From NCBI GenBank assembly GCA_016192455.1, contig JACPUC010000009.1, positions 62,001-126,000 of the forward strand: 64,000 nt of DNA, given 5' to 3'. Position 1 is the stretch's first letter; every line of letters starts with the position of its first letter. Below are positions 47,112 through 61,391 of this stretch, one piece after another. A model generated the notes under the pieces. That model was not told the DNA's origin. It was given only the letters and a program-made list of their open reading frames with translations, and ran no database searches. The position numbers were made by a program, and so were the translations under genes. Origin of the DNA: Candidatus Tectimicrobiota bacterium. Its GTDB lineage: Bacteria > JACPUC01.

Positions 47112-48220
47112 GAGCTCCTCCCGGGCGCTCCCCGCTGCTGCTCGAGGTCTCGGAGGCGGTGTTCAAGGCTTTGGATGCGTCGGCGCAGCTCGGGCAGCCT
47201 GGGGATGATCTGGACTGCCTGCAGCCACTCCTTGTGGGGGAACGCCGGCACGCCGGCCACGCGCGCCCCCGGGGGCACGTCACGCACGATCCCCGCTCCG
47301 CCCGCGGCCATTGCCCCATCGCCGATGGTGACGTGATCGCGCACCCCCACCTGTCCCGCCAGCACAACGTGGTGGCCGAGCCGGCAGCTTCCGGAAATGC
47401 CGACTTGGGCCACGAGCAGGGAGTGTGGACCAACCGTCACGTTATGCCCGATATGGACGTGGTTGTCGATCTTCGTGCCGCGGCCGATGCGCGTCGCCCC
47501 CTGGGTGGCCCGGTCGATGCAGACATTGGCGCCGATCTCCACGTCGTCTTCGATGATCACGGTCCCCAGTTGGGGGATCTTGACGTGCCTCCCCTCCTCA
47601 TCCAGGACGTAGCCGAAGCCGTCGCTGCCGATGACGCTGCCGGCATGGATGGCGCAGTTCTGCCCGATCCGCACGCCATCGTAGAGGGTGACGTTGGCGT
47701 GCACGATGGTGCCGCCGCCGAGCTCCACGCCGGCGCCGACGTAGACGCCGGGGGCAACCAGACAGCGCGGTCCGATCCGGGCCTGGGGACCGACAAAGGC
47801 CAGGGGCATGACGGTGGCGCCGGCATCCACCTGGGCCTGCGCGTCCACCCAAGCGGCCGGCCACACCTCTGGCTCTTCGCGGCGCTCCCCGCCAGCCGCC
47901 GCCGATCCAGGAGGAGCAGCGAGCGCCCCCGAGCCCGGTTGCGGAAGAGGAGCCGGGTAGAGCCACGCCAGCAAGCGCGCATAAGCGAGGAGAGGGTTCG
48001 ACACCGCCACGGCGGGCTTCCTCACCGCCAGGCCGGGAGGCACCAGGAGCGCCGCCGCGGGGCTCTTCTCGGCCTCTTCCAAATAGCGTTTGGCGGTGAC
48101 GTAGGTGAGCTGGCCCGGCTCGACGAGGTCGAGCCGCGCCACGCCGGTGATGCAGACGTCGCCTCCGGAGAGGACTTCACCACCGAGTCGCTCGGCAATG
48201 TCGCGCAAACGATGCTGCAT
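47108..48220 (-). CDS. lpxD: UDP-3-O-acyl-glucosamine N-acyltransferase
   Basis: [29 protein letters not shown]. Confidence 0.96.
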   Translation of the reverse strand: MQHRLRDIAERLGGEVLSGGDVCITGVARLDLVEPGQLTYVTAKRYLEEAEKSPAAALLVPPGLAVRKPAVAVSNPLLAYARLLAWLYPAPLPQPGSGALAAPPGSAAAGGERREEPEVWPAAWVDAQAQVDAGATVMPLAFVGPQARIGPRCLVAPGVYVGAGVELGGGTIVHANVTLYDGVRIGQNCAIHAGSVIGSDGFGYVLDEEGRHVKIPQLGTVIIEDDVEIGANVCIDRATQGATRIGRGTKIDNHVHIGHNVTVGPHSLLVAQVGISGSCRLGHHVVLAGQVGVRDHVTIGDGAMAAGGAGIVRDVPPGARVAGVPAFPHKEWLQAVQIIPRLPELRRRIQSLEHRLRDLEQQRGAPGRSS

Positions 48221-48374
48221 GACGGGGATGGCGCCCACGGCAGGGCGCGATGTCACTCCATGACGATGAGGCTGAGAGGAGAGAGGCGCGCCGACAGGTT
48301 GGGCTGGGCGCGGCACGCCGTCGCGCAGGGTCGCATCTCCTCCCTTCCGTGCACCGCGGCGTCATGGGCAGGCG

Positions 48375-49034
48375 CTACTTCTGGCCCGGCTTGCTCTTCG
48401 TCGGGGGGGCGGCTGGTTTCTGCGGCGGTTTGTTGGCAGCCTCCTCCTTCATCCGGTCATAGGCGACGGTTACCTGCTCGGTGAGATCGATCGCTTTGGT
48501 GAAATAGACGATGCTCTCCTTCGCTTCCAGGATGATGGTAAACCCCAGCCGTTCTCCCAGCCCTCTCGAAATCTGCATGATCTCGCGCGCCAGGCGCAGG
48601 TTCGTGTCGTTCTCTTCACGCCGCATGTCGTCGCGCGAATCAGCCACGAGCCGCCGCAGCTCGCGTCCTTCCTTCTGGAAGGTCTCCTCCCGCTCGCGCC
48701 GCACCGCGGCCGCCATGAGTGGGCCGCGCCGCTCCAACTCATCGCGGAGTTTCTGCAGCGCCTCCTGGCGCGTCTGGATGATCTGCTGCTTGTCGTTGAA
48801 GATGGCTTTCAATTGTTCGTAAGCCTGCTTGCCAGCAATGGAGCGCTCGATCACGCGCTGGAAATCCACCACCCCGATCTTCGGAGCGCTGCTCTGTCCC
48901 TGTGCGTAGGCGGGCAGGGAGAGTCTCCCCATACCAGCCAGCAGCAGGCAGGCGCCAAGTCCGAGCGTCACCCCCTGCGCCACCCGCGCGCGCACCCCAG
49001 CCACCAGCCTGGCTGTCACGTGGCATCCTCGCAT
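48375..49034 (-). CDS. skp: Skp/OmpH periplasmic chaperone (start uncertain)
   Basis: KIGVVDFQRV, coiled coil, DLTEQV; located between bamA and lpxD. Confidence 0.88.
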   Translation of the reverse strand: MRGCHVTARLVAGVRARVAQGVTLGLGACLLLAGMGRLSLPAYAQGQSSAPKIGVVDFQRVIERSIAGKQAYEQLKAIFNDKQQIIQTRQEALQKLRDELERRGPLMAAAVRREREETFQKEGRELRRLVADSRDDMRREENDTNLRLAREIMQISRGLGERLGFTIILEAKESIVYFTKAIDLTEQVTVAYDRMKEEAANKPPQKPAAPPTKSKPGQK

Positions 49035-49122
49035 TCGTGCTGCACTCCTTCGCGCCGCCTGGGAAGCTCCGGCGACGCACCTATTCTCCCACACCGGCGT
49101 TTGGCCGCTGCCGGCCAGCCGC

Positions 49123-51507
49123 TCAGAAGCCTCGCCCGAATTTGAAGTGAATCTCCGACGCGTCCTCGCCGTCGCGCTTATCAAGCTTCCAGCCCATCTC
49201 GAGCTGCACGGTACCCAACGGCGAGTCGAAGCGAACCCCCCCTCCCGCCGAGTACCGCAGGTCGCCGAAGTCCAAGGCTTTGCCGCCGCAAATGCGCTCA
49301 CCTGAGCGCTTCAGATCGTCATCGTCGCAAAAGACATTGCCGGCGTCAACAAAAAGCAGCCCGCCGATCACCGGGATTCTCGGGATGGGGAAGCGCACCT
49401 CACTGCTGAAGAGGAGCTCGGAGGTGCCGCCGAACGGTTCATCGTTGTCATCCTTGGGGCCGGCCTCGCGGAACTTGAACCCACGGAGGTTGTCGTTGCC
49501 GCCAAGGAAGTAGCGCTCGAAGACGGGCAGTTCGTCGCCATTGGTGGGTCTGGCGTAGCTCCCCCTGCCGCGCAGCATGAGGACCACGGCTTTTTTCGGT
49601 TCCCCCGCATTCAGGATGGGGAAGAACCAGCGCGATTCGCCGCTGAGCTTGTAGAAGTGCGTGCCGCCGAGGGGGCCGGAGGTCTCGGCGGAGATGCGGT
49701 CGTAGGTGCCGCGCGTGGGGGCGAGCCGATTGTCGCGCGAATCCCAGGAGAGCGCGGGCGAAATGGCGCTGATGGTGAAATCCTTCTCAGCCTGGCGCCG
49801 CGCGAGGGCGGGGGCGTCGCTATCGACCTCGCTGATGGAGGTGTCCTCATAGCGGTAGCCCATCGAGGCGCGCAGGTTCTTCCATACCCGCCGCCCGAGC
49901 CGCACGTTGCCGCCGGTGGTATCCACGGTGAAGGTGTTGAACTCGTCCTCGCGCGCGAAGAGATCGAAGTTGAAGCTCACGTCGCGCCCCCACAGGTACG
50001 GTTCGGCGAAAGAGAAGACGAGGCTCTGGCGAATGGATGAGCGCGAGCCGCGCAGCGAGACGCTCTGGCCTTTACCGAGGAAGTTGCGCTCGGAGATGGC
50101 GGCCGAGAAGAGGACATTCTCCGTCGAACTGAAACCGACACCCCCGGAGATGCTGCCGGTTGACTGCTCCTGGACGCGCGTGACGATATCCAGGACCTCC
50201 CGCTTCTCCGTGGGTTGGTTGTTGATCTCCACCTGGTCGAAGTAGCCCAAGCCGCGAATGCGTTGCTGGGCGGTCTGCAGGAGCTTGCCGTTGTAGAGAT
50301 CCCCTTCCGCGAACGGAATCTCGCGCCGAATCACGTGGTCGCGGGTGCGATGATTGCCGCGCAAGAGGATGCGCCCGATATTGACCACGATGCCGCGCTC
50401 AATGGTGTAGGTGAGGTTGACGAGGCGCTCCTGGTGATCCTGCTTCACGAGGGGTTGGACATCGGTGTAGGCGTAACCGACAACCGCATAGAGGTTGGTG
50501 AGGGTGATGATGTCCTTGCGAAGCTGGGAGCGGCTGAATACCCTGCCGGGTTTGAGCGTCAGCGGCGCCAGGAGCTGCTCGGTGCTGTACGGCTCCTGCC
50601 CCTGCACCTCAACAGTGCCGACGCGGTACTCTGGACCTTCCACAACATCGTAGTGGATGTGGATTTCGCGCTTCTCGCGGTTGTAGTCAACCTTGGCGTC
50701 ACCCACCTGCGCCTGGATGTAACCGTAATCCTCGTAGGCCGCTTTCAGGCGCAGGCGGTCGACGTTCAGGGCGTCGCGACGGAACTTGCCACTGCCGGTG
50801 ATCACCGAGAGGAGGGATTTCTCCTTCAGGATCATACGCTTGCGCAGCAAGCGGCTGGAGAGATGCTCGTTGCCGCTGAAGGTGATGGAGGTGACCTTGA
50901 GCTTCATCCCCTCGTCGATGGTGAAGCTGACGTCCACATCGCTGTCGTTGACCTTCTCCACGGCCGACGAAATCTCCGCAAAGATGTACCCTTCCTCCTC
51001 ATAGAGCTTCTTCATGTCGGTGATGGACTCTTGGAGGAGCTGCCGATTCATGACGGCTCGTTTGCTGACCTTGAGCCGTTCGCGCAGCTTCTCCTCGTCA
51101 ATGTTCTTGTTCCCTTTGAAGTGGATGCCGCGGATAGTCGGCTGTTCCTCCACCACGAAGATGATCTTCAAGCCCCCCTCGAAATCCTCCGTCTCGACGC
51201 GGACATCCTTGAAGAAGCGCAGACCGTAGATTTTGCGCAGGTCGTTGCGGATGGTGGTAACCGAGAAGCGTTCGCCAACTTTGCTGGAGACGTGGAACAG
51301 GATCGTGTCGCGCTCGACGCGGCGATTGCCGCGAACTTCGATGCTCTTCACGATGGGCAGCGGCGGGGAAGAGGCAAGCTGCGCCTCGGCATGGCCCGGC
51401 CCCCACCACCAGGTGAGAGCCATGGCACTGAGGAGAAGAAGACCTGCCTGCCCCCACGCGCACCACGTCGCTGCCGCTCCACTTCTCCATCGCGGCTTGT
51501 GGATCAT
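49123..51507 (-). CDS. bamA: Outer-membrane protein assembly factor BamA
   Basis: POTRA repeats (GN..), TRDHVIRRE, LRGF, C-terminal Phe. Confidence 0.95.
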   Translation of the reverse strand: MIHKPRWRSGAAATWCAWGQAGLLLLSAMALTWWWGPGHAEAQLASSPPLPIVKSIEVRGNRRVERDTILFHVSSKVGERFSVTTIRNDLRKIYGLRFFKDVRVETEDFEGGLKIIFVVEEQPTIRGIHFKGNKNIDEEKLRERLKVSKRAVMNRQLLQESITDMKKLYEEEGYIFAEISSAVEKVNDSDVDVSFTIDEGMKLKVTSITFSGNEHLSSRLLRKRMILKEKSLLSVITGSGKFRRDALNVDRLRLKAAYEDYGYIQAQVGDAKVDYNREKREIHIHYDVVEGPEYRVGTVEVQGQEPYSTEQLLAPLTLKPGRVFSRSQLRKDIITLTNLYAVVGYAYTDVQPLVKQDHQERLVNLTYTIERGIVVNIGRILLRGNHRTRDHVIRREIPFAEGDLYNGKLLQTAQQRIRGLGYFDQVEINNQPTEKREVLDIVTRVQEQSTGSISGGVGFSSTENVLFSAAISERNFLGKGQSVSLRGSRSSIRQSLVFSFAEPYLWGRDVSFNFDLFAREDEFNTFTVDTTGGNVRLGRRVWKNLRASMGYRYEDTSISEVDSDAPALARRQAEKDFTISAISPALSWDSRDNRLAPTRGTYDRISAETSGPLGGTHFYKLSGESRWFFPILNAGEPKKAVVLMLRGRGSYARPTNGDELPVFERYFLGGNDNLRGFKFREAGPKDDNDEPFGGTSELLFSSEVRFPIPRIPVIGGLLFVDAGNVFCDDDDLKRSGERICGGKALDFGDLRYSAGGGVRFDSPLGTVQLEMGWKLDKRDGEDASEIHFKFGRGF

Positions 51508-51736
51508 GCCTGGCTTCTCAATTCCCTGGAATGATGTCAAGAATAACGCCGCTGCTGTAATGCCTTTCCTTGCGGAGGCTTCACAGGAGAGAGGCAACGC
51601 CTCCAGCGCTGGCAGTTCAAAAAAAAGCGCGAGTTGTTTACCACAAACCTCGCGCTAGTTCAAGGGAAATCAGCGCACCCCCTGAGGCCGCGCCGCGACT
51701 CCTTGGTCGTCGCCGGCCGCCTGGGGGGGGTGGCAC

Positions 51737-54176
<2,440 letters not shown>

Positions 54177-54184
<8 letters not shown>

Positions 54185-54860
54185 GTTTGCAATCCTCTCC
54201 GTCCGTCACGAGCCTTCCGTCCTTCAGCTCCACCACGCGATCCAGACTGGCGGCAAGCTGGTGATTATGCGTCACGACGATGAAGGTCTGGCCAAACTGT
54301 CGATTAAAACGCCGCAACAACTCACAAATTGCCCCGCCGGTGGTGCTGTCGAGATCCCCCGTCGGTTCATCAGCCAGCACGAGCTCTGGACGGTTCATGA
54401 GGGCCCGCGCAATGGCGACGCGCTGCTGCTCTCCCCCCGACAGCTCGCCGGCACGGTGGCGCAGCCGCTGCGAGAGACCCACGTACTCCGCCACCTCCGC
54501 TGCCGTCCGGCGCGCCTGCGTCGCAACCGCGCGGCCAATCAGCGCCGGCATCATGATGTTCTCCAGAACAGTAAATTCCGGCAGCAGATAATGCAATTGA
54601 AAAATGAAGCCGAGATGCCGGTTGCGCAGCTCCGTCAGCTCGCCGTTGCTGCGATCCAGGAGAGAGGCGCCGTGAAACGTGAGGTTCCCCCCCGATGGCC
54701 GCTCGAGGGTGCCCAGGATGTGCAGGAGCGTGCTCTTGCCGGCGCCGCTGCTGCCCGTGATGCCGAGCATCTCCCCCGCCTGCACCACCAGGTTGATGTC
54801 CCGTAGCACCGGCAGCATGGCCGTCCCCTGCTGGAACGACTTGTGCAAATTCTCTGCCAC
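54177..54860 (-). CDS. lolD: Lipoprotein-releasing ABC ATPase (start uncertain)
   Basis: GSSGAGKS, GFIFQLHYLL, LSGGEQQRVA, ADEPTG. Confidence 0.92.
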
Positions 54861-54937
54861 CAGCAGCGGCTTGCGAACGGCTCCGCCTCCTCGGACGGCC
54901 GCGCGGCCGTTTCGCCGCGCCAGCCTTCCTCCGCCCC

Positions 54938-56260
54938 CTACTCGTAGCGCAGCACCTCCACCGGTTGCACGCGCGCCGCGCTCCACGCCGGGTAGAGGGT
55001 GGCGATGAAGGTCAACCCGAGTGCTGCCACTGAGACTGTTATTAACATAAGAGGTTGCAGATCGAATGGCAAGGTATCGAGGAGATACACCTCCGCCGGG
55101 AGGCGGATGTAGTGGTACGTCTGCAGGCTCCAGCCGATGAGCGAGCCGCCGAGCACGCCGAGGAGGGTTCCCAGCACGCCGATGAGCAGCCCCTGGAAGA
55201 TGAAGATTTTCATGATGCTGCGGTGCGTTGCTCCCATCGACTTCAGGATGGCGATCTCCTTGCGCTTCTCCATCACCACCATGGTGAGCGTACTGATAAT
55301 GTTGAACGCCGCCACCAGGACGATCATCACCAGGATGATGAACATGACGGTGCGCTCAAGCTGCAGCGCCGCGAAGAGGTTGCGGTTCATCTGCATCCAG
55401 TCGCGCGCCAGGTAGGGGGGAGCGAGCCGGGCGTTGATGCGCCGGGCGACGCGATCGGCGTGGTAGACGTCGGCGACGCGCACCTCGACCCCGCTCACGA
55501 GGTCATCCAGATCGAAAAAGCGCTGGGCATTCCGCAGATTGATGAAGGCCAGGCTGTTGTCGTACTCGAAGAGGCCCGTCTGGAAGATGCCGGCGACGCG
55601 GAAGGCGCGCAGCTTCGGCACGCTCCCCATGGGGGTCGCCTCGCCCAGCGGCGAGACCACGTTGACCTTCTGCCCGAGGCCGACGGCCAGGGTGCGCGCC
55701 AGCTCCTTGCCGAGGATGATCGCCTCCGGGGTTGGCGCGGCGCCGCGTCCACTTGGCGGGGGGACGCCCTCCGCCGACGCGCTTTGCGACGCGCCAGCGT
55801 CGGTTCCCCGCCCCGCCTCCGGCGCTGGGGCGTTCAGCTCCTGCAAGCTCCCTTCCCGCATCATCCGTTCGAAGCTCGTCAAGCGGCCGAAGCGCTGCGG
55901 GTCAATGCCGCGCAGGATCACGCCGGTGACGCTCCGCTCGCTCGTCAGCAGCACCTGGCTGACGACGAACGGCTCGGCCTCCACCACCCCCGGCACCTGG
56001 CGCAGTTGCTCGAGAAGCCGCTCCTTCTCCTCCACGGGGCGTTGATCGTGGCGCAGCACGATGATGTGGGGGTTGGCCCCCAGAATCTTGCCGCGCAGGT
56101 CGCTCTCGAAGCCCCCCATCACCCCGAGGACGACGATGAGCGCCATCACCCCCAGGGTCACGCCGCCGATGGAGATCCAGGTGCTGAGCGAGATGAAGGC
56201 CTCGTGCCGCTTGGCCCGCAGGTAGCGCCAACTGATCCGTACTTCATACGGGAAGGGCAT
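54938..56260 (-). CDS. lolE: Lipoprotein-releasing ABC permease LolC/E
   Basis: RYLRAKR, GVMALIVVLGVMGGF, VAAFNIISTL, YPAW.A, LRYE. Confidence 0.92.
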   Translation of the reverse strand: MPFPYEVRISWRYLRAKRHEAFISLSTWISIGGVTLGVMALIVVLGVMGGFESDLRGKILGANPHIIVLRHDQRPVEEKERLLEQLRQVPGVVEAEPFVVSQVLLTSERSVTGVILRGIDPQRFGRLTSFERMMREGSLQELNAPAPEAGRGTDAGASQSASAEGVPPPSGRGAAPTPEAIILGKELARTLAVGLGQKVNVVSPLGEATPMGSVPKLRAFRVAGIFQTGLFEYDNSLAFINLRNAQRFFDLDDLVSGVEVRVADVYHADRVARRINARLAPPYLARDWMQMNRNLFAALQLERTVMFIILVMIVLVAAFNIISTLTMVVMEKRKEIAILKSMGATHRSIMKIFIFQGLLIGVLGTLLGVLGGSLIGWSLQTYHYIRLPAEVYLLDTLPFDLQPLMLITVSVAALGLTFIATLYPAWSAARVQPVEVLRYE

Positions 56261-56517
56261 GCGTGCGTCTCAATCGGCGCGCCGGAGGGATCGTGCCGGA
56301 GCGCCGCGGCTGGAGTCGTAGGCGGGGCGCCGGGGCCAGGGGCTGCCCCCTCTGGGTTCTGGTCGAGGTTTGGCGCACGCTGATGCGGAGACGAATGGTT
56401 GTGCCGGGGAGGGGAGGGTCGTCGCAGACGGCTGGCGCATGATCCTGCCCACCGGAGCACGCCTGCCGATCCTCGCCTGCGCAGGCGGAGGGTACAACCC
56501 GAAGTCGGCAGGATGCA

Positions 56518-58086
56518 TCAGACGTGAGGGTGCTCGTCACTGTTCGACCAGGCTGCCTCGGCCGACTCTCCGCGCAGCTCTGCTCCAAGGCGCGGCTCTT
56601 CCTTGAGCTGCGGGAAGAAGATGACGTCGCGGATGGAGGCCGAGTCGGTGAGGAGCATGACGAGCCGGTCGATGCCGATGCCCAGGCCGCCGGCCGGCGG
56701 CAGGCCATACTCCAGGGCGCGCACGAAATCGTGGTCCATGGCGTGCGCCTCCTCGTCGCCGGCGCTGCGCTGCCGCGCCTGCTCGACGAAGCGCCGCCGC
56801 TGCTCGAGGGGGTCGTTCAGCTCGGAGTAAGCATTCGCCAGCTCCCGCCCGTTGATGAAGAGCTCGAAGCGCTCGGCCACCTCTGGGTTGGCGGCGCTCG
56901 CCTTGGCCAGAGGGCAGAGGGCGATGGGGTAGTCGATGACGAACGTCGGCTGAATAAGGCGCGGCTCCACGCACGCCTCGAAGACCTTGGCGAGAAGCTT
57001 CGCGTGGGCCGTCGCCGCTTCGAAGGCGCCCCTCTCTTTGACGATGGCGTGCGCGGCCGCGGCGGCTTCGAGGCGCGCCGGGTCGCGCAGCACATCCCGC
57101 GCGAAGCCGCCGATCTCCACGAGGGCGTCCTCGAAGGTGATCCGGCGCCATGGGGGGGTGAGGTCCAGGTTGCTCCCCTGGCTGCCGAACTGCAGGGCGC
57201 CGAGCACCTGCTCCGCCACGTGGCAGAGGAGCTCCTCGGTGAGCTGCATGACGTCGGCATAGTCCGCGTAGGCCATGTAGCTCTCCAGGGTGGTGAACTC
57301 CGGGTTATGTTCCGTGGAGAGACCCTCGTTGCGGAAGCAGCGGTTGATTTCAAAGACGCGCTCCAGCCCGCCGACGACCAGCCGCTTCAGGTCGAGCTCC
57401 GGGGCGATGCGCAGGAAGAGCCGGCGGTTGAGCGCGTTGTGGTGGGTGACGAAGGGCTTCGCCGCGGCGCCGCCGGCGATCGGCTGCAGCATCGGCGTCT
57501 CCACCTCGAGGAAGTCCCGCGCCAGCATGAACTCGCGCATGGCGCGGATGATCGCGGCGCGCTTCACGAACACCTCGCGCACCTCGGGGTTCATGAGGAG
57601 ATCGAGGTAGCGCTGGCGGTAGCGGGTTTCCACGTCGCGCAGCCCATGCCACTTCTCCGGCAGCGGACGGAGGGTTTTGCTGAGGAGCTCGATCCGTTCC
57701 ACCGCCAGGGTGAGTTCGCCCGTGCGGGTCTTGAAGAGCGTGCCGGCACAGCCAAGGAAATCACCCACATCGAAGCGCCTGACGCGCTGGAAGAGGTCGC
57801 CGCCGAGGGTGTCGTGGCGCGCGTAGACCTGCAGGCTGCCGGTGCGGTCCCGCAGGTGGCCGAAGAGCGTCTTTCCCATCAGCCGCTTCGCCATCAGGCG
57901 GCCGGCGATGGTGAACGGCTCGCGCAGGTGCTGCAGCTCCTCCCCCGGCAGGTTCGCATACTTCGTGGTGAGGGCGCCGATGGTGTGGCTCACCTCGTAG
58001 CGGCTTGGGTAGGGGTTGATGCCGGCGGCGCGCAACTCCTCGAGCTTGGCCTTGCGTTGCTCATGGAGGTCAGACGTTTCGGACAC
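56518..58086 (-). CDS. lysS: Lysyl-tRNA synthetase (class II)
   Basis: [36 protein letters not shown]. Confidence 0.98.
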   Translation of the reverse strand: MSETSDLHEQRKAKLEELRAAGINPYPSRYEVSHTIGALTTKYANLPGEELQHLREPFTIAGRLMAKRLMGKTLFGHLRDRTGSLQVYARHDTLGGDLFQRVRRFDVGDFLGCAGTLFKTRTGELTLAVERIELLSKTLRPLPEKWHGLRDVETRYRQRYLDLLMNPEVREVFVKRAAIIRAMREFMLARDFLEVETPMLQPIAGGAAAKPFVTHHNALNRRLFLRIAPELDLKRLVVGGLERVFEINRCFRNEGLSTEHNPEFTTLESYMAYADYADVMQLTEELLCHVAEQVLGALQFGSQGSNLDLTPPWRRITFEDALVEIGGFARDVLRDPARLEAAAAAHAIVKERGAFEAATAHAKLLAKVFEACVEPRLIQPTFVIDYPIALCPLAKASAANPEVAERFELFINGRELANAYSELNDPLEQRRRFVEQARQRSAGDEEAHAMDHDFVRALEYGLPPAGGLGIGIDRLVMLLTDSASIRDVIFFPQLKEEPRLGAELRGESAEAAWSNSDEHPHV

Positions 58087-58265
58087 TGGAACCCTCGCTT
58101 CAGGGAGGAGTAAGCCTCAAGGTTGATGGAGACGTAAGGGACCGGGTTCCCCGTCCACCGCCCTAGCGCCAGGTGCGGGGTGGCCGACCGCTGCGCCCCT
58201 GGCAGGAGCGTCACGCTTTGATGGCGCCGCGCCGCGGCGCGGCGGTCCTCCCGCCGCAGGACCGT

Positions 58266-59394
58266 TTAGGCGCGCTTGCTCGCCTTCTGCTGCAGGGCGC
58301 GCGCCTGCTGCACCAGCCAAGCCTCGATGAACTCGTCGATCCCGCCGTCCAGGACGGCCGTCACGTTGCCGATCTCGATGCCGGTACGATGGTCCTTGAC
58401 GAGCTGGTAGGGCTGCAGGGTGTAGGAGCGAATCTGGCTTCCCCAGGCGATCTCGCGCTTGCTGCTGTGCAGCTCGTCGAGGCGCTCCTGCTGCTTGCTC
58501 TTTTCGAGCTCGTAGAGGCGCGCCCGCAGCACCTTCAGGGCCCAGGCCTTGTTCTTGTGCTGGGAGCGCTGGTTCTGGCACTGCACCACGATGCCCGTCG
58601 GCAGGTGCGTGATGCGCACCGCGGAGTCCGTCACATTCACGTGCTGGCCGCCCGCCCCGCTGGAGCGGAACGTCTCGATGCGCAGCTCCGCGTCGTCGAT
58701 CTCGATGGTGATGTCCTCATCCACCTCGGGGTAGACGAAGACGGAGGCAAAGGACGTGTGGCGGCGCTTGTTGGCGTCGTAGGGAGAGATGCGCACCAGG
58801 CGATGGACGCCGATCTCGGCCTGCAGGTAGCCGTAGGCGTATTCGCCATTGACGGCGAAGGTGGCGCTCTTGATCCCCGCCTGCTCTCCCGGCTGCAAGT
58901 CGAGGATGTCGGTTTTGAAATCGTGGCGCTCGGCCCAGCGCAGGTAGAGGCGCACGAGCATCTCCGCCCAGTCCTGCGACTCCGTGCCGCCCGCGCCGGG
59001 ATGCACCGCCACGATGGCGTTCTTCCGGTCGTTCTCCTGCGTGAACAGGAGTTGCAGCTCCAGCGCCCGCACCTCGTCGGAGATCAGCCGCAGCTCCGCG
59101 GCCACCTCCTTGAGCTGGGCCTCATCCTCTTCTTCCGCGGCCAGGTCGTGCAGGATGATGAGATCATCCAGCCGGGCGACGCGTTGCGCCTGCGCCTCCA
59201 CCACGCGCTGCAGCTCGCTGCGTTTCTTCAGCACCTCCTGCTGGCGCTCGGGATCGTCCCAGAAGCCTTCCTCTTGCATGAGCTTGTCGAGACGGCGCAG
59301 TTCAGCCTCCTTGCCCTCGAGGTCAAAGGTGACCTCGCAACTCCAGCAACTGGCCCATCAACTCCTGCAACTCTCGCCCAAGCTCGTCCGTCAT
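58266..59394 (-). CDS. prfB: Peptide chain release factor 2 with programmed +1 frameshift at 59328-59322
   Basis: AAGGAG RBS then [23 protein letters not shown] ending in CTT TGA C with internal GAGGT. The +1 frame carries SPY and GGQ. Confidence 0.96.
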
Positions 59395-59603
59395 CCCGGT
59401 TCTCCTTAGGGGATACAGAACGGCTTCTCTCCCGCCTGCCTGTGGAGAGAAGAAGGGAAGCGGCGGAAGCGGCTCGGCTGGTCAGCTTGACCGCGTTTTC
59501 CACAGCGCCTCTGCCCGGCACCCAATATAGGCCCTGGCCGGCTCACTCTGCTAGTGGTGGCTGCCTTTCCCTGACGGCGAAGTGCGGCGCCGCGAGGTGA
59601 CGT

Positions 59604-61391
59604 TCATCGCCGCCCGGAGACCCCACGGGGACGCCACAGCGCCGCCAGCACGAAACCAAGAGCCACGGCGGCGCAGAGCCAGCCGAAGAGGTAGCCGAGG
59701 CGCACGTAGAAGGTGAGAGGGGTGTGCCGGGGGGGGATGGTCACCCGAACCACGGCGCGTTCGAAGAGCCCGGCCCCGGCGTGCAAGCCGCCGCGCCGAT
59801 CGATCCAGCCGGAGATGCCGGTGTTGGCCGCGCGGGCGATTGGCCGCCGCGTCTCCACCGCTCGCAGGCTTGCCATGGCCCAATGCTGGTAAGGCGCGGA
59901 GGTGCGTCCAAACCAGGCATCGTTCGTGAGGTTAAGGAAGAACTCGGCCCCCTGGCGCGCCGCCGCGCGCGCCAGCTCCGGGAAGATGATCTCGAAGCAG
60001 ATGAGCACGGCGAAGGGATGCCCGCGCAGCTCCATCATGGCGACCCCGGCGCCCGGCGTGAACGCTCCGATTTCGCCCGTCAGGTTGCTGGCGAACTTGA
60101 AGAGCCAAGAGAACGGCACGTACTCGCCGAACGGGACGAGATGCTGCTTGTCGTAGCGCCCCAGCACCTCCGCTCGCGGTGAAAGGAGGTAGGCGCTGTT
60201 GAAGACACGGCTGCTCTCTCCCGACGCCGCGCCGGCGACGGCCTCGACCGTCGGGGCGCCTACGACCGTCGGCGTGGCGCTCTCGCGCACCCCCTCGAGG
60301 AAGCGTCGGCGCAGTGCCGATTCGGCGGCAAAATCGAAGGGGAGTGCCGTCTCGGGCCACACCACGAGGTCCACGCCCGCTGCTCGGGCCTGGCGGCTGA
60401 GGGTTTCATAGATGTCCAGCGTCGCTTCACGGTAGCTCCGCTCCCACTTGATGCCTTGCGGCACACTCCCTTGCAGGATGCCGAGACGTAGGGCGCCGGC
60501 GGCGGCGCGGCGCGCCGTCGCGGGCGGGGTGTCGCCACTCCCTGATTGCCCCAGTCCGCCGGCAATCCCGCCGGCAGCCGTCGCCGCGGCCGCCGTCTGG
60601 CCCGTTCCGCGCGCCTCCGCGGCCTGCCGCTCAGGAGCGTAGGCCGACCATTGCACGACCCCGTAGGCCGCGTTGCCAAGGAAGAGCAGCACCGCCGCCA
60701 GGGTGACCGGCTGACGGAGAACCCGCCACCAGCGGCTGCCCGCCTCGCCCCATGCCGGGAAGAACCAGGCCTCGAGCGACGCGGCGACGGCGCCGTTCAC
60801 CGTCACCAGCAGGAGGTTCAGGCCGGCCGTACCGAAGAGATCGGCGCTCTGGATCAGCAGGGGCCAGGGAACCTGGCTGTAGGCCAGCTCACCCCAGGGG
60901 AAACCGCCGAAGACGGCATGCGCCCGCCCCACCTCCACCCCCACCCAGAGGAACGGCGTCGCGCCCCAATACCAGGCCTCGCGGCGCCTCGCCACCAGGG
61001 AGGCGAAGAAGGCGAACAGCGCCGGGTAGCAGGCGAGGTAGGCGGTCAGCAGCAGCGTCACGAGGAGGCTGGCAAGGCGCGGCAGCCCCCCATACTGCTC
61101 CATGACCAGCACCACCCAGTAGAGGAGCGGCAGGTAGAACCCCATGCCGCAGGCCCAGCCAAGCCAGAGGCTTCGCAAGCCCGTCGCCCGCCGGCAGAAG
61201 AGGAGGAGCGGCGCCAGCCCCACGTAAGCCAGCCAGGGAATGGCCAGCTTGGGGAGGCTGAAGCTGAGGAGGACGCCCCCTGCCACGACGACCACGGTGC
61301 AGGCGGTCAGGCTGCCGGCACGCACCTCGCTCCAGCCCATGACCCGCCGGATGGCGACCGTTCTGGATGTCCCCGCATCTCCGCTCGGCAT
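59604..61391 (-). CDS. lnt: Apolipoprotein N-acyltransferase (start may be 61340)
   Basis: GFPW, WPETA, YDKQHLVPFGEY, ICFE, NDAWFG. Confidence 0.95.
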   Translation of the reverse strand: MPSGDAGTSRTVAIRRVMGWSEVRAGSLTACTVVVVAGGVLLSFSLPKLAIPWLAYVGLAPLLLFCRRATGLRSLWLGWACGMGFYLPLLYWVVLVMEQYGGLPRLASLLVTLLLTAYLACYPALFAFFASLVARRREAWYWGATPFLWVGVEVGRAHAVFGGFPWGELAYSQVPWPLLIQSADLFGTAGLNLLLVTVNGAVAASLEAWFFPAWGEAGSRWWRVLRQPVTLAAVLLFLGNAAYGVVQWSAYAPERQAAEARGTGQTAAAATAAGGIAGGLGQSGSGDTPPATARRAAAGALRLGILQGSVPQGIKWERSYREATLDIYETLSRQARAAGVDLVVWPETALPFDFAAESALRRRFLEGVRESATPTVVGAPTVEAVAGAASGESSRVFNSAYLLSPRAEVLGRYDKQHLVPFGEYVPFSWLFKFASNLTGEIGAFTPGAGVAMMELRGHPFAVLICFEIIFPELARAAARQGAEFFLNLTNDAWFGRTSAPYQHWAMASLRAVETRRPIARAANTGISGWIDRRGGLHAGAGLFERAVVRVTIPPRHTPLTFYVRLGYLFGWLCAAVALGFVLAALWRPRGVSGRR

